DNA of 64,000 bases, taken from contig NC_134026.1 of the NCBI RefSeq assembly GCF_964204645.1, positions 27,872,150 through 27,936,149 of the forward strand, written 5' to 3'. The translations under genes were made by a program, and so were the position numbers. This DNA comes from Tubulanus polymorphus. Taxonomy: Eukaryota > Animalia > Nemertea. The notes beneath the pieces are model-generated. The model searched no databases, was not told the origin of the DNA, and saw only the letters and a program-made list of their open reading frames with translations. Shown piece after piece: positions 1 through 14,200 of this stretch (its first letter is position 1; each line of letters opens with the position of its first letter).

Positions 1-3000
1 TCACAGAAAATACATAGCTCTACATTCACATTTTTAAGGTGACTCTGATGTCAGCTCGTTTGATTCCTCGCGTTAAAAATTAAGGTTGTAGCAAGAACAT
101 AGTGATTCCTAATGATGATACAGCCAGTGGTTGATGAGGTACCAATCAGGAAATGTTCACTGATGCAGTGATAACATCACTGAAGAATTAGGCTAACCAG
201 CGAGCTAACAACATGTACCGCGCTACAATGTAGTTGAAATGAAATCTTTGAAATCGTTATATCTGAAACTTACGCCTAATGAAGGAATCCGAGCAGAAAA
301 TAATCAGAAACATCTCATTTCAATAAGAAATAGATTGATCTCATTCGAGGATTCAATTTCAGTAAACATACCGAACAAATCATTCAATCGATGATCCACC
401 TCATTCCTAAAACTGTGATAAAATCCTTAAATTGAATAGATGTTCTCAACAAGTCATTATGCTGTACTACAACTCGAGGAGTTGCTAACTAACTTATCAG
501 ACTTTTACGATATACGTGATGATCTGCAGAAGACAATGCATGCTAAACGGCCAATAAGTACCTATAAAGGGCACAGTGGGAGCTAACTAATTCTGTAGGA
601 TGATGACTGCGGTAGATTCAGCAGCTCCTTCAGCATGATTCAGCGGACAAATAAAATTCCGCTAACTGCGCCGATTACGACCCATCCGGGAATATGTGTC
701 AATTGTATATCGCGACGATAAATACAGTAGAACATCACACACACAGGTCATTGATGATTCTATCAACGATCTTCGCTAAACATATATGCACCCCCTGATA
801 CTGCCCTGATGAACATTTCTCAATTATATAAAAACCCAAAACGGCCATGAAAAAACTTCACTTCATCTCGATAACAATACGACGACAAATAATTGTCTAT
901 TTGTCAAGGGAAACAGTTGTAAATTGATACACATCTTGGCAAATCGGCGAAGATCTTCGAACATCCTTTGATAAACACTAGTAGTGTGTCAAATGTACAC
1001 ACCCATTGGGATAAAGAAACACACCCGGGAAATGAATCAGTTTCCATGATTTGTGAGTGTCAGTAAAAGGATTTGCTGATTTGTCCGTAAACGTGACATT
1101 CATAAGTCTTGATAGCGGAACTCGGGAATCTGTACAAGTGACAATGAAGATACTTCTCGCATCTATTACAATACCTGAACACCCTAGACCAGAACATCGC
1201 ATAAAGATTTCGTTAAAAATCATCCTATCCAACACATTCAACATTATCAGTACTTTCTAAACCTAAAATCTAATGGACAGAGTTATTTTATTGCGAGTAG
1301 CTGCCACCTCATTGGTAATAGGGCCCAAGTAATAAAGACTGGTGCACTGTTAAAAGTTTATGTCTTAGATGTTAGAGAAGTCATTTGTTTCTGTGAAGTC
1401 ATTAAGGTTGGGTAAAGCAATCGATCAAGTGGGTGGCTATGTCACTACACACACAAACACCTCGACAATAGTGTCGTATAAAAGTTTGGTTTCTTGATTC
1501 GGAAAATGTGGAAATAAATGACAACAACTAACAGTACGTAAATACTTTATAGTGAATCTAGTAAAATTCTTCTACTTAAGTAAACATATTTACCTGAAAT
1601 GAAAAAAATTGAAGAATTGAGTATTAAGTTGAATAAAATAATGACAGCTCTATCGTATTTTTCTTGTAGATTTTCAAAACACTTAAGACTGGGGGTAGTA
1701 CAAACTAGAGTCCCAGGGGGCACAACGGCTAGCCTGCAGTATTCGCTTTTCATAAAAACATACAATTAGTAGGCTATATTTGACAAGATACACCCTCTGA
1801 TTTACGCAGTAAAATTGTATATTTAAGGTAACACACACAGTGAAAAAGCCTTTCATCTTGAAACCATATTTTTTAGATTCATTCTACTTGTCCATAGGCT
1901 TTGCCTACGGTCTAACAGAAATCATTATAAGTAATCATAATCATTCTTTTTTCATATCGTCAAATATTTTCAAACAGAAGGTTTTTCAGTATATTTCACC
2001 TCATTGCGTAGTTTGTATAGTTTCAGTTGAGCGAGGGTTTCATCATCGAGGGTATTTACATCGTTATTACGAAATCGCAATCAAGCCTCTGAGGTTGGCC
2101 ACAAGCAACGTTACTGCGATTATATTAAACAAACAACGACTATGAACGGGTTTTATGTATTTATGCATCACATTGAATTCACAGCTCTCACTGGACTCAC
2201 AGGTAAAGTAACTCTCTCTCCTGTAGCGACTACCAGACAGAGTTTTTTTGTATTCAGATAACTTATTGTATCCACCGAGTACTTCACTATGGCTATCAAC
2301 GATGATGATTTTGCCAGGCAGGGAATCTTAACAGTGGTGTAATATTTCATCAGTTTGTCAACGCATGTGGACACTTTACAGCCAGAACTTTTAATGAAAC
2401 TGCACAGATTTGTCCATCAATTGCCACTGACAAGATCCGACAATATACGCATTCAAATGATAAGTGTGGATAAAAAAGTCTCCATAAAATATGATGGAAC
2501 ACCATTCATAGACCTTAATGACCATAGAGAAAAAAGTGTTCGGAAAAAAAATTGCTTATCAAGAATATCGTTCTGTCAAATAATCTCTAGGTGAAGAATA
2601 TGAAATATCAATGGAACTGTTTTTGCATGAGCGTATAGGTAAAAGGAATAAATGCCACCAGACAAAATGCCAACAAATTTTGCAACGTATATAGAGTACA
2701 TACAACATTATGTCAATCAAATCTACATAACCCATTTTCTATTCAATGACAAAAAATTGTCTAAGATGAACGATCAAAACGCTCTCATTGATTTTGATAC
2801 AAAATCATCTCTTACTTCAGTTAGAAATGGTAAGGTCATGTAGATTTTGTGTCAAAATCAATAAGAGTGCTTCGATTTTAGCAGAATATCTTCCATTTAA
2901 CGAACCGCGATTCTGTTTTAAACGCATCATCGTTGATACTTTTGACCCAACACTTCATTAGATTGAAAAGACAATTTATATTTAGATCAGGAAGTTGTTT

Positions 3001-5105
3001 CTAATGGATTCGGCGACATTTGAGAGTTTTCCCGCTGCAGGCGAAACTTTGATTTGTTTTCGTTACAAAGTTACAACCAATGTTAAAAGCAATGAATAAT
3101 AATAATTCTTGAACGTTCCATGGAAACTCGAGGATAAAAATAATTAATAGTTCTAAAGCAACATCCATAAAAACGAGAAATTCATGGATATTTCCACGTA
3201 CTATCCGTGGTGGGTACTACATTGATTTCTGAAACATCTATCTCTCGTTTTAATCGATGATCTAACGGTTTAACTTTTTTAACTTTTCTTTCACTTTAAA
3301 TTCAACATATTGCGCCTTAATCGAAGCGTTTAAATCATATACGCCATCACGTAATAAGTCGTAGGCACAGAAAACTAAAAAAGTACTGAAATAGAAGAAT
3401 GCATCTATCGATGATTTCGAACGATTTATGGATGCCTCATGACTTCGTAACAAACCCCGAAGGGATATATGAAGAGAAACTCAGTGAACCGAACTCATTT
3501 GCAAGTCATAATACATCGCCTTTCAACCTTAAACGTTGTGAATCATTGAATCCATTAAAACGAGTCTTTCATTCAAATTCAATACATGGGAGTTTTTTAC
3601 GGCCAATTTCCATTTGTTGGGTTTGTTTCAAACATCATTAACGCCAGACGGATCGAGGAGAAACAACGCCAATCAATATAGCACCATGATCTACGCCTGA
3701 ATATGTTTTCACAATTCATGTTTGTCAACACTGGTGCTTAAGTGGGGAGTTATTGACCCTGCAAAATAGATTTCTAATTGGCTGCTTATTGAGTGTCGCG
3801 TTCAGATATAGTTTTGGCGCCAGGATATTATTCGTCAACATGGAATTAATGAAAGTATCATTATGACGTGAACGTAAAGGTTGGAAATACTGTCTGCATG
3901 CAACCGCCGATAGCTGGTCGTATCTGTCACATACACAACCAGTGATGGATGAACTTCGTTCCATGCATTCCTCCTCACTTCAAAATATTAATACGATATC
4001 GGTATTTTTTGTCATGCTATGCTCATTATGCAGTTGGTCATCCAGTCAAATAAAGAAAACCACATTTTCTTGAGAAACAAAAAAATCTATAATTTCAAAT
4101 ATAATAGGCAGCGGTTTCACAATGGAAATAGATAAGCTCAGCAATAACCAAATCTTTTCTATCCATCAAACTAAAAACCAGCTGCATATAACAAAATCTA
4201 ATAGTTAAAAAAATCACCTAAAATAATTGAGTCGACGAAGAAGAAGGTGACAGAAGTGATATCTTGCATAACATAATTGAATTATAATGTTGCAGCACAA
4301 ACTCTCTAATAGCTGACCTATCAATATCGATTAACTTCAACAACAAATAGGTGACAGAATCAAAAGACAGCTCATTTCACTTTCAAATACCAATGAGTCA
4401 GATCTGCATCGATGTAGATTAGATAATCTTGACAACCCAAAACAAACTACCAAACGTAAGTCACCAACTGTGCACACGGTCACAGAGGTATTTCAGTCCA
4501 AACATAAAGCTATTCTATTCATTTATAACAAACAGAAGAACAAGATTCAGCACTCAGTAAACTTGAAGCTATGCAGAAATAATTCTGTTAGTAACTGGAT
4601 AATAGAAGTGGCACAGAAACAACTCATCAGATGTCAACGTAATACCTTTTACCAGTAAAAGGATAATGGTTGCTTCTGATAAGAACAGCATCAAAGTACA
4701 TATACATAAGACATGAGAGACAAAATTGAATTCTTCGCAAAAATTCATCATGCTTAAGAATCTGAGCGCATTGCACTGAAAAATGTACATTACGGTAGTA
4801 TGAATTTGTATTTATAGCAGGTTGATATGGTTGGCAGTGAGGGGACACGATGGAGTAACTGCATTAAAGTAATGGCCATCAGCCTTAAGGCACCATTTTC
4901 AAGAGTCATTTGATAAGACATGCATTTATGCCAAGCTTGCAGAAAAACGATAACGATTTTTTCCCTTAAGAATTTCAGGAAGTATCTTTTATGAAACTAT
5001 ACACAGTTTCTATGAAATATGCATACGTCTTAGTATGGTTCATTCTGCCTGATTATAGAACAAAGAGGCAGAAAACGATGTTAGCAATTATCTTTTTCAG
5101 ATATA

Positions 5106-5270
5106 TAGTAAACCTCGGCTAACTCGGGACAAACTGAGACCGGTAAAATCAGTCCAGGGTAAGCAAAGCGCGAGTTGAAGATAGGAAATATAAGTTAAGA
5201 TATCACAAAAATCATTTCATTTTTGGCGAATGTCCGAATTGGACATGTCCAAGTAAAGCAAGGTTTACTG
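5106..5270. mobile_element. Tc1/pogo(Tigger)-type MITE
   Basis: Imperfect terminal inverted repeats (TIRs) tagtaaacctcggctaactcgggac / gtccaagtaaagcaaggtttactg, flanked by TA on both sides. Confidence 0.7.
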
Positions 5271-8200
5271 TATCACAATTTCGGTATTTAGATGTGTAAT
5301 AGAATCGTTGCATATACGTATGAACTCGCTTCCAAATTTTCAAGATCGATATATATGGAATACATTCGAGCACGCGAAAATAATTGATCGATGGCATATG
5401 CTGATGATGGCTAGTGGGAAAACTGTCAGATGTCACACGAAATGAAGTTAACTTGCCACAATATAGCCACTTTAGATATCCTTCAAGTTCGTTGACACCT
5501 CGACGAACTTGAAAATAATAAATGAACGAATAGTGAATTATGATTGATCGAATGACAATACGATTTGATGAAATATTAACCACTGTGGTAGAAAAATACC
5601 GCAAACTGTTTATCTTCTCAGTTAGTTTTATCATTCATAATGAGAATGATCAGAATGGATGGATACTGCGGGATAGGTGAGAAATACTATAGCCCCATCA
5701 TTATGTGCTCGCACATGCTAGATTCCCATGAAACGACAAATAGTACCCCTGACAAATTAAAAGCTTTCCGAGCATTAACTGCCAAGTATTTAATGACTAG
5801 TTGACTTTGTTCTCAGTCGTTTTCACTTTCCACCTCATAAAGCGGTAAAACCAGCAGGCAGTAAAGTAAATCATTTAACGCAGTTATCAAATGGCACCAT
5901 TCGTGAGTTTAATGCACCTGCTAAACAAACGACAAAAATTAATAGATCAAAATGGGATTATTTACGGAGAATGAACATTGCGCAGATCATAAGACTATTA
6001 AATATCTCGATGATAAAGCTTTCTAGAGACTTAATGTATGGAAGGATGAAAACGTGCATCGGAAAGGAAAAACCGATGTGTTTGCTCCTACTGATTGCCA
6101 GCAATCATGGTAATATTGTAGACTTAACCAGAACTGCATTGCTAAAGGCCATAAACCTCATTCTGCTATACCCATTGCCATTTACAAAATGAGTTTTCTA
6201 TTCTTCCGCCCAATGGGGGAAACAAACAGCAAGAACTAACAATGTGATTATTTGATTCAGTAAAGAAACGACAACCGTAAAATAGAAATGAATCAGATAA
6301 GACTTTATTTGATCTATTATGTATTCCATGATCGTACCTACTGCAACCCGGCCACAGCCCAAGTTCTGTTATCTTTTGTGAAGACATTTTTGACCACATT
6401 TTTACCTCAATGATTGTCCCTTACAGTTCAGTGACTTAATATGAAATATTCACTTGAATAGGCCGAGAAATGCATCTTAAACCCTTCTAAAATTTCCAAA
6501 ATCTTCCTCGGGGACCGGACCACCATATTCCCCTTAAAATGCTAGCTAAGAACCTATGGCGTTCACAATTGCCTGCTGTACCAGCGAATTAGTTCCACTA
6601 TACCACATTGAGATGAGCTTGAGGCGACCAGGTGTAATACAGTCATTCGCTCTATAGGCACATATCTTTACGAAGGACTGGTCAGACATGATGACATTTT
6701 GCCTGGGAGAATATGACAGATCAGTAGAGTCAAGTAATTGCTTTACAAATTCAACACGTATTTTCCCTGCAGCTTGGATGAGCTTTCTATGGTCTGGAAG
6801 TGATAGCCCTTGAAGCAGCAGTTCAATGTTCAGTCACCTTACTGATCTGCCGTCTTATTTCACCATCTTATCCGACCGTTCCATCACGTTGTTATTCGCA
6901 AATGGAATTAATCAATGCGCGCTCTTTGCGACGTACTGTAGAATATTTTTTGCAGGTGATCGGCTCAGTTGGAAAAGTGACCGGTATCCTCGGATAACAT
7001 ACACATTCACGTTTTCAGGATAAGGCAAACTGCGTCGACTGTGACGCGGATGAATTCGCCTAATAAGTATGCAGAGCCTGAGAGTGAAAAAAACATCTAC
7101 CGTACATCGATGTCAACAAACATTTCACTTCAGTTCAATACCACTAACCAAAAAGTTTTGAAATATTATATGGACGAGACAGTTTCAATGTTGAAGCTTC
7201 TTTTATTGATCGAGTTTAATTAAAAACGATGATGAAGTGGCATTGATGAACAGTATAGGATTATATTACATAGGGCCTACTACCATTAAAACACTACCAT
7301 TGAAACTCTTAATATAAAAAATCCGGAATTGCCAATAAATTGTAAAGTAATACCGAACCCAAAATTAAAATTAAAAAAAATTTAGATTTGAAGTTGAAGT
7401 AAGGGTTGAAAACCAACCGGCAATTATCGTAAGTGCGCAATCAGCCGAGAAATGAGGGGAGACTCATAAATTGGAAAACATCCGAACCTCCGCAACAAAA
7501 ACATGACGTGGAAAATGGGGACTCTTATTACATTGTTATCATTTCATTCCATCCATATGATTTCATCATTTGATCGAATGGAGAAGGTAGAAATAATGAA
7601 GATAGCTGCTGCTCGTGCATCTTCTACTGCTCTTAACCGACCGTGTGATCTGCGATTTCTATTTCAACTAAATAAACCGAAGCACGTTGTTACACAAGTC
7701 TGTGACAGATCGATGTTTAAACGCGTTGACTGTGAAAAATGAAGGAGAATGCGCGCGAGGGAAGATAATATACACCATCCCGGTGTATCGATTCTACCGG
7801 TGACTCCTTCCAACAGGAATGTGCCAAAATTGCTACAAATTGAGATTAATTGAATGAGCCAATTGAATCGGGACACTTCACATCTATACGTGAAAAGAGA
7901 CAAAAAAATGTAATTATAATATCATATGAAATGGAACATGCGTGATTGAAAGATATTCATAGACATATTGCCGGTAATTAGCACGGATACCCTGGATATA
8001 ATATTCGATTACTCAATCATTTTATCATATTTGATATTCTTGTATCTTTTGAAGAGGGAGAGAATTTTTTAAGGATACCCAGTAGCTTAGGTTTCCACTG
8101 ACGGATCTAGAAATTACGCGAATGCAACTTGCGTACAAAAAAAGGTTTTGATTTGCGCTCCCTTAGCTTGAACAAGAGTGGGAACAAGACAATTTTAGCG

Positions 8201-11200
8201 AAGCAGAGTATCGGTTTTTCAATAAACAATCCAGGAGGAAGATGATTAGTGATGTTTCCTATGTCTAACTGACTCTGTGTACAGTAGGGATCAGTCTCAG
8301 TCCCTCGTGATGTTTCTTCTGACACTGAAATGTCACTATCAATTGATGACTTTTGAATATATTCCGCTATGTATTTCAATGACTGAGTTAAATAAGAATG
8401 GTGTGTGACAGCTTAAACTACTTTCTGAGTCACAACCAAACCCCATCGGGTCCAATACAGAATTCTGTTCAAGTTTTAGGACATGATGGTACTCTTAACG
8501 TGAACTTTATTTCAGGTATGAACAGACTCAACATAAAACACACAATTTATATCAGTTGACACTCAAATTACCTTATGTCTATTCGAGACTTAACACAGGA
8601 TATATTTTCTGTAGAAAGATCTCAGTGGACAGAAGGACGAGCTTATCACATATGCCTAATGAAGATAGATCAGCTCATTATTGGACAAGGTCCATTGGTC
8701 TGCAATGATCGGATTCTGCAGCTGAGCAGCAAAGGATAAACATGAATTACACCAAAATAATAATTGGGATAAGATCAGTAAAAGTTCATTGTCTACGTTG
8801 TTCAGATGTGTGATATTTTTCAACTCCAATATTTATCTATTCTAAAAGCTCAATGATCAGATCAGGTAAAGAATCTAGTTCTCAGTGATAGCCGCACGAA
8901 ATAAACATTTCAAGGTGAGAAAGCAGGCAGCTGTGCGAAATGTAGAATTATAGATTTATGATTTGATACTCATTAAAAAAGGCCGGTTATCTTTGCCGAA
9001 TAAACTAAACGCGTCATGCAGAATTCGAAAATGACATCAATCTAATGAAGGAGGTATAATCTAAATTTCTGAAGCATACGAGATGCTAATTCAGAACAGC
9101 ATACAAACTTCGTTCATGTTAAATAGAAAACATTTTTTCTCTATATCGATTTCTATCTCTCAGATATCCACGCTTGAATAGAATGTATTTCGGAGAATGT
9201 TCTAGTCTCAGCTGCAACATATCGGATTGCTATTCAATTCCATAAAATCTAATACCGAGGATCCGTTGCAGTTTGTTAACCAATGTGAAGTCCAGTGCTT
9301 GCAACAGAAGTCACAGTACACGCCACAGTATGGAATAAGATACTTCATTAGTGAGTAATAATTTAGGATTAACGGTTTCAAATACCTTGCAACAAAAAAT
9401 GATGATTAGGGTGAGTCCGATATATTGGTCCTAATCCCTTACATCGCTATTAGCGCACAATTGGACTGCAAAGATAGCGTGTTCATCCCAGTTAATGAGA
9501 ATCTCACAGTATTTTACTGCAGCTAATCCTGCGCGCCACAGAAACCTCATTTATCGCAGTATGATATCACAATAGATGTCAGAAAGAATCTTTGAGTTTT
9601 TTAATGACTCGATATTGTCAGTAATACGGAACTGAATTCAATTTTTAATCAAAAGTGAGCAAAAATGTTGTAAATATGGGGACACAGTTCTTTCAATTCG
9701 ACTACAGCGAAGAATAGGAATGGATTAAAGTGGTCTGACTCTAGCAAATTGATCATTTCCCGTTAAAATTGAACGCTGAACATTATTCGGAACCTTCTAA
9801 AATTCGAAAGAAATCGATTTTCCCCCCGAGGGTTAAATTGTAATGACACGTATTCATATAGCCATGATTCGACATTGTTTAATTTTCCAATTCAGTGAGT
9901 GAAATGATACTGCTTAAAAATAAAGCCGAGGTACTTTCCTATCGGTTGTAGTTATAACAATAACAGCGGCTGATTTTCCATGGAATAATGATCTGTGCTT
10001 GACGATGATCATGAATTTTTCAATAAACACAAGAGCAATATGCCAGGTAGTGCATGAAATGGAAACACACGCAAACGAACGAACCAAACCCCCGTGTCTG
10101 ATGGATCTTCAATTTATATTTTAATGATTACAATCTATTTCAATATCTGAAGCTTACTCCAAGGAATATTCTGTGAGAACGATTCGACCCAGGGCAGTTC
10201 TCTGAACTATCGATACATCGGATATGAAACCACATCTAGAATCGACTTCACTCATTCTGTTAATCTGGAGAAAAAAATGTTGTTCCAGAAACACCTACCG
10301 CAATTTACCTTTCCATTGAATTGAGCCCGATATGATCAATAAACAGCGGCTGAGGTTATTTTACCCATTTGTCACTTGACACGTCTGGAGTCGTTTTACT
10401 GGCTTAAATACGGGTCATTATCGCTAAGATTTTTTCTGATCTGTTTGATTTCGAAAAAATCATTACGATGTAAATTATTACGATTCTTTACACATCAAAA
10501 AACCTCGACTACATCAGGCGTTATCAATCTATACTATCGATACATTCAGTCGTTTGAATTTTGATGATTGCCATTAGAAATACTGATATAATCTCCTCTA
10601 TAAATGCATCAGTTTATCACTCGCTCTACAAAAAATTACATATATATACATACAGTCAAAAATCAATCCACATTAATCTATTACTAAAATATTTCAATTG
10701 CACCTTTAAAGACATCAGTTACGTACATACACATATAAGTAGCATTTCGAGTAATTTGATTCAAGCTGATTATTTCTACCTGTCTTTAGGCAAACATAAA
10801 ACAGCAATCACTTTTTAGAAATGTACACGTATCATTGAAATAGATACTATATATTTATTGGTTTCGTCATTTGAAATGTTTCCATCATTGAGTTTGTAAC
10901 TATAGACTTGAAACGGATAGATGCATTAACTCTGCCTTCAGGAAAAACTGTTCAAACTTCCAAACAAACCATTCATCTGAAAGCGTTTGATAACTTTTGA
11001 AAGTAAAATACAAATAACCTAGAAATTTCCAACTTAAAATCGATATAATTTCATAATCAATTCATAATCGATAAGATATACCCTGTGGAAAAGGCCGATA
11101 AGAAATGAGTAGAAGTAAACGTCATACAAGTTATTAACTGCACGTTTTCAAATTCCAGAAATCATTCGACACAAAATACATCAATAAATTAGTTCCATTT

Positions 11201-14200
11201 TAACGAATTTCAGTTTTAATGAAACATATTAATTTTGAACAGGTAAAGATGCTTGATGAGAATGATTATATAATTCTTCAAGTAATGAAGGTGTGGAAAG
11301 TAATGGCAACTTGTCGATGAATGTAACTATATTTAGAAATCCTGTCATTCGAAATGGGAAAAAGGAAACGAATTACGTAAGTAGATAACGGTATAAATTT
11401 TCATATAAAAAAACACTTCATGAAGAACCTGATGGCTAGAAGCATAAAACTAAGCAAATTGCTCCTGAAATTCAATAAACCATTCAAATTCAGATTCGAA
11501 AGCTTTTAGTGTATCGATATACATAGTTTAAAGGGATATTTGTGCAAAAAACATACTATTTTCATCACAGTAAATAAAAGGCAAAAAAGACCTAGCCACC
11601 TCAGGCGCAATCAATACAGAAACCAAGCTTTTGTAGTGCAGAATGAAGAATTCTACTAGAAGACAGTACTTCCTTGATGACATTACTTCATCCAATAACA
11701 AATTGCCACTTCATCAGCGTTTTGAGACGTAATTTGATTGCGGCCCACTGGCAGGTGTGCCTGATCAATTCTAATTCAATAAACACCAGAAAATGAGGGT
11801 CTGTAGAGCAGCCATGGATCATATTAGCGCCACAATGCTTATAGAAAACAGAATGACGTTCTACGCATAGTGCATATTGAATTGCGAGTCGGAAAACTGC
11901 ATTTTCATTGAGAGAACAGAACTGATCATCGTTCAGTGAAACATATAGAAAGTTTCTGTTACGTAACGTTTCCTCATCTAAAACGGCTCTTTATAAAACG
12001 CGAGGTTAAAAAAGAAGGTAAAGAATGAATCACTAAAACGCTCAGACCTGGATCATTGAAGAATCGTGTGATTCAATTGACTTTTGAGGCGATCTTCTGA
12101 ATGAATTTGTGTTCGAAAGCGACATTTACGTAGTCCTCGAGGATGTGACTACTTGATAAAAGGATTAGCTGAAAAGACGACAACTGATGCAGCTCACATA
12201 TTCCCAAACGCATCAACCAACATCTGAACTAGTCCGACGGGTGAAACAAAAACTTTATCCTTTAGACATTTACTAATCTTATCGGCGTTTCATGTTACGA
12301 CATTTAGGGAGTAATGCTTACGACTTGCATCTCATATTTCACAAACAAACTTTCAATTTTTTGCCAATAATACGGGCATAAAATGTAGAACCGAATCCTG
12401 TCACGAAATACTGAATTCGAATGAAGTGAAAACGGATAGCCAATCTGACATGCTTACTGTAATTTCTCAAGAGGGTAAACTAAATCACACGAATACTCGG
12501 AGAAGTCATGAAACTGTGTCATTGAATATTCATAAGATCCAGGTATTGACCATTGACGAACGCGTCAGTGTTTATAGAGAGAACTATGACTGACGCGAAA
12601 ATCATTGCTGAATCCCGTGAGTGATTTCATTGAAAATCATTGATCTATCAGCCTACGGACACTTGTAAACATTAACCCACACTCGATTTCAGTTACAAAG
12701 ATGGAATAGTTGATGAGAAAATTGGCAGCAGTGACAAAGGAACGAACTATATACATATATGTCAGGATCAACAGCGCTAAACTATACATTTGGCAATTCA
12801 GTAACCTTTCATAAATGAACTAATGAAGCACAAACTATTCTGACAACTTTATGTAAAGCAGATAATTATGAGAATTTCCTAGTCGATCAAATTCATTGAA
12901 ATATTAAGCATCTGATAAACACTTCCATTAGACGTACTAGCGCACGCCCTAAGGCAGAAATCAATAGACTGAATCTGCAATTTACGAATTCCAGATCAAG
13001 AAGAAGAAACTAATCTGATTTGAAAACCGAGAGAAATAGAGGAAACATCGGCCTCTAAGGTGCCCCGAGGAAATCAGAGTGGCTATTACCGATTGCCAAT
13101 AGGCAATCACCCTCAATTGACCCGAGGAATAAGAAGTGAAAAAAATGAGAAGAGAAACGTCATCAATTTCAATGAAATACATCTTAACATTAATCATCTC
13201 TATTTCAACACGAATTTAAACACATTAAAACCAGTTAATACGTCCATTATCTCATTCTAGATGGTGATAAACTGTGGTTAAAGTGTTTAAGGTTAATGAA
13301 CTTCTTTCTATAATAAAATCACTCTAAAACTGAAAACGAAATCAGAATTTATTTCACGCTACTTTATCAAATTCAATCTCGATAGAAGTTTATAAAGTGG
13401 GTGCTGTAATTATGTAAATAGGGACATTTATCGGCTGCATTCGACGCCTTCTGGAGGATTAATTTTATTTCTGTCCCTTTCATGTTAAAAAGTGCTTATG
13501 AAAGATCAGAAAAGATTTGTAGGCGAGCTGAAGAATCATCTCTGATTGAAGTGACAGAATAATCTTTACTCATAACCCGAGTTAAGAAGATGAACCAATA
13601 TCGCAAAAACGGTGTCCATAATTTCAATATGGCAGAAAACGGTCGCCCAGTTGAAGAAGGCGACTAAACACACCGATCAATATTTTCCACCTGCCTGAAT
13701 TCGAATCGATCATTCGACGACGTCAAATATCTACACGCCACAATAGAACTGGACATCTTTGGAATTACTGCTAGCATCAGCGGGGTAATTTTCTGAAAAA
13801 GATCGTGTGCTGCACGAATAATCCGCGAACATCATTTTCTGGCTGGCTGGCTAGTGTGAAAATAACCATGAATACCAAACAAGCGATTTCGCCTGAATAT
13901 TCATCATGTAGTTCACAACATTTCGAAATAACTGAATGCTGATGAGGTTCCGATAAGCAATTAGTCGATAAGAATTGTCTAATTAATATAGCTCTTCGTC
14001 ATCGGTGTAATTTATTCCTACACCAGCACTTCTTAATGATAGTATAAAGGGATAATAAGTGACCAACCAACCAGCAGCGATTCATCCAGATCGTTATGAC
14101 TGTCTGCTTATTATTCGTACATATTTGTTCACTTTTCTTGATATAACAAATGCAGATGAGACACGATGGTGCACATGAAGATATAGACACGCGATGATGT

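Noticed and set aside
108-192. C/D-box snoRNA-like arrangement (ATGATGA ... CTGA) on the + strand
   Set aside because: It is antisense to the presumed host intron, the terminal stem is weak, and no rRNA guide was recognised; such motifs are common in AT-rich DNA.
8107-8379. Ser/Thr/acidic minus-strand ORF as a further SRRM-like exon
   Set aside because: Its acceptor needs phase 0 while the last identified exon ends in phase 2, and there is no homology. It cannot be supported without an intervening exon.
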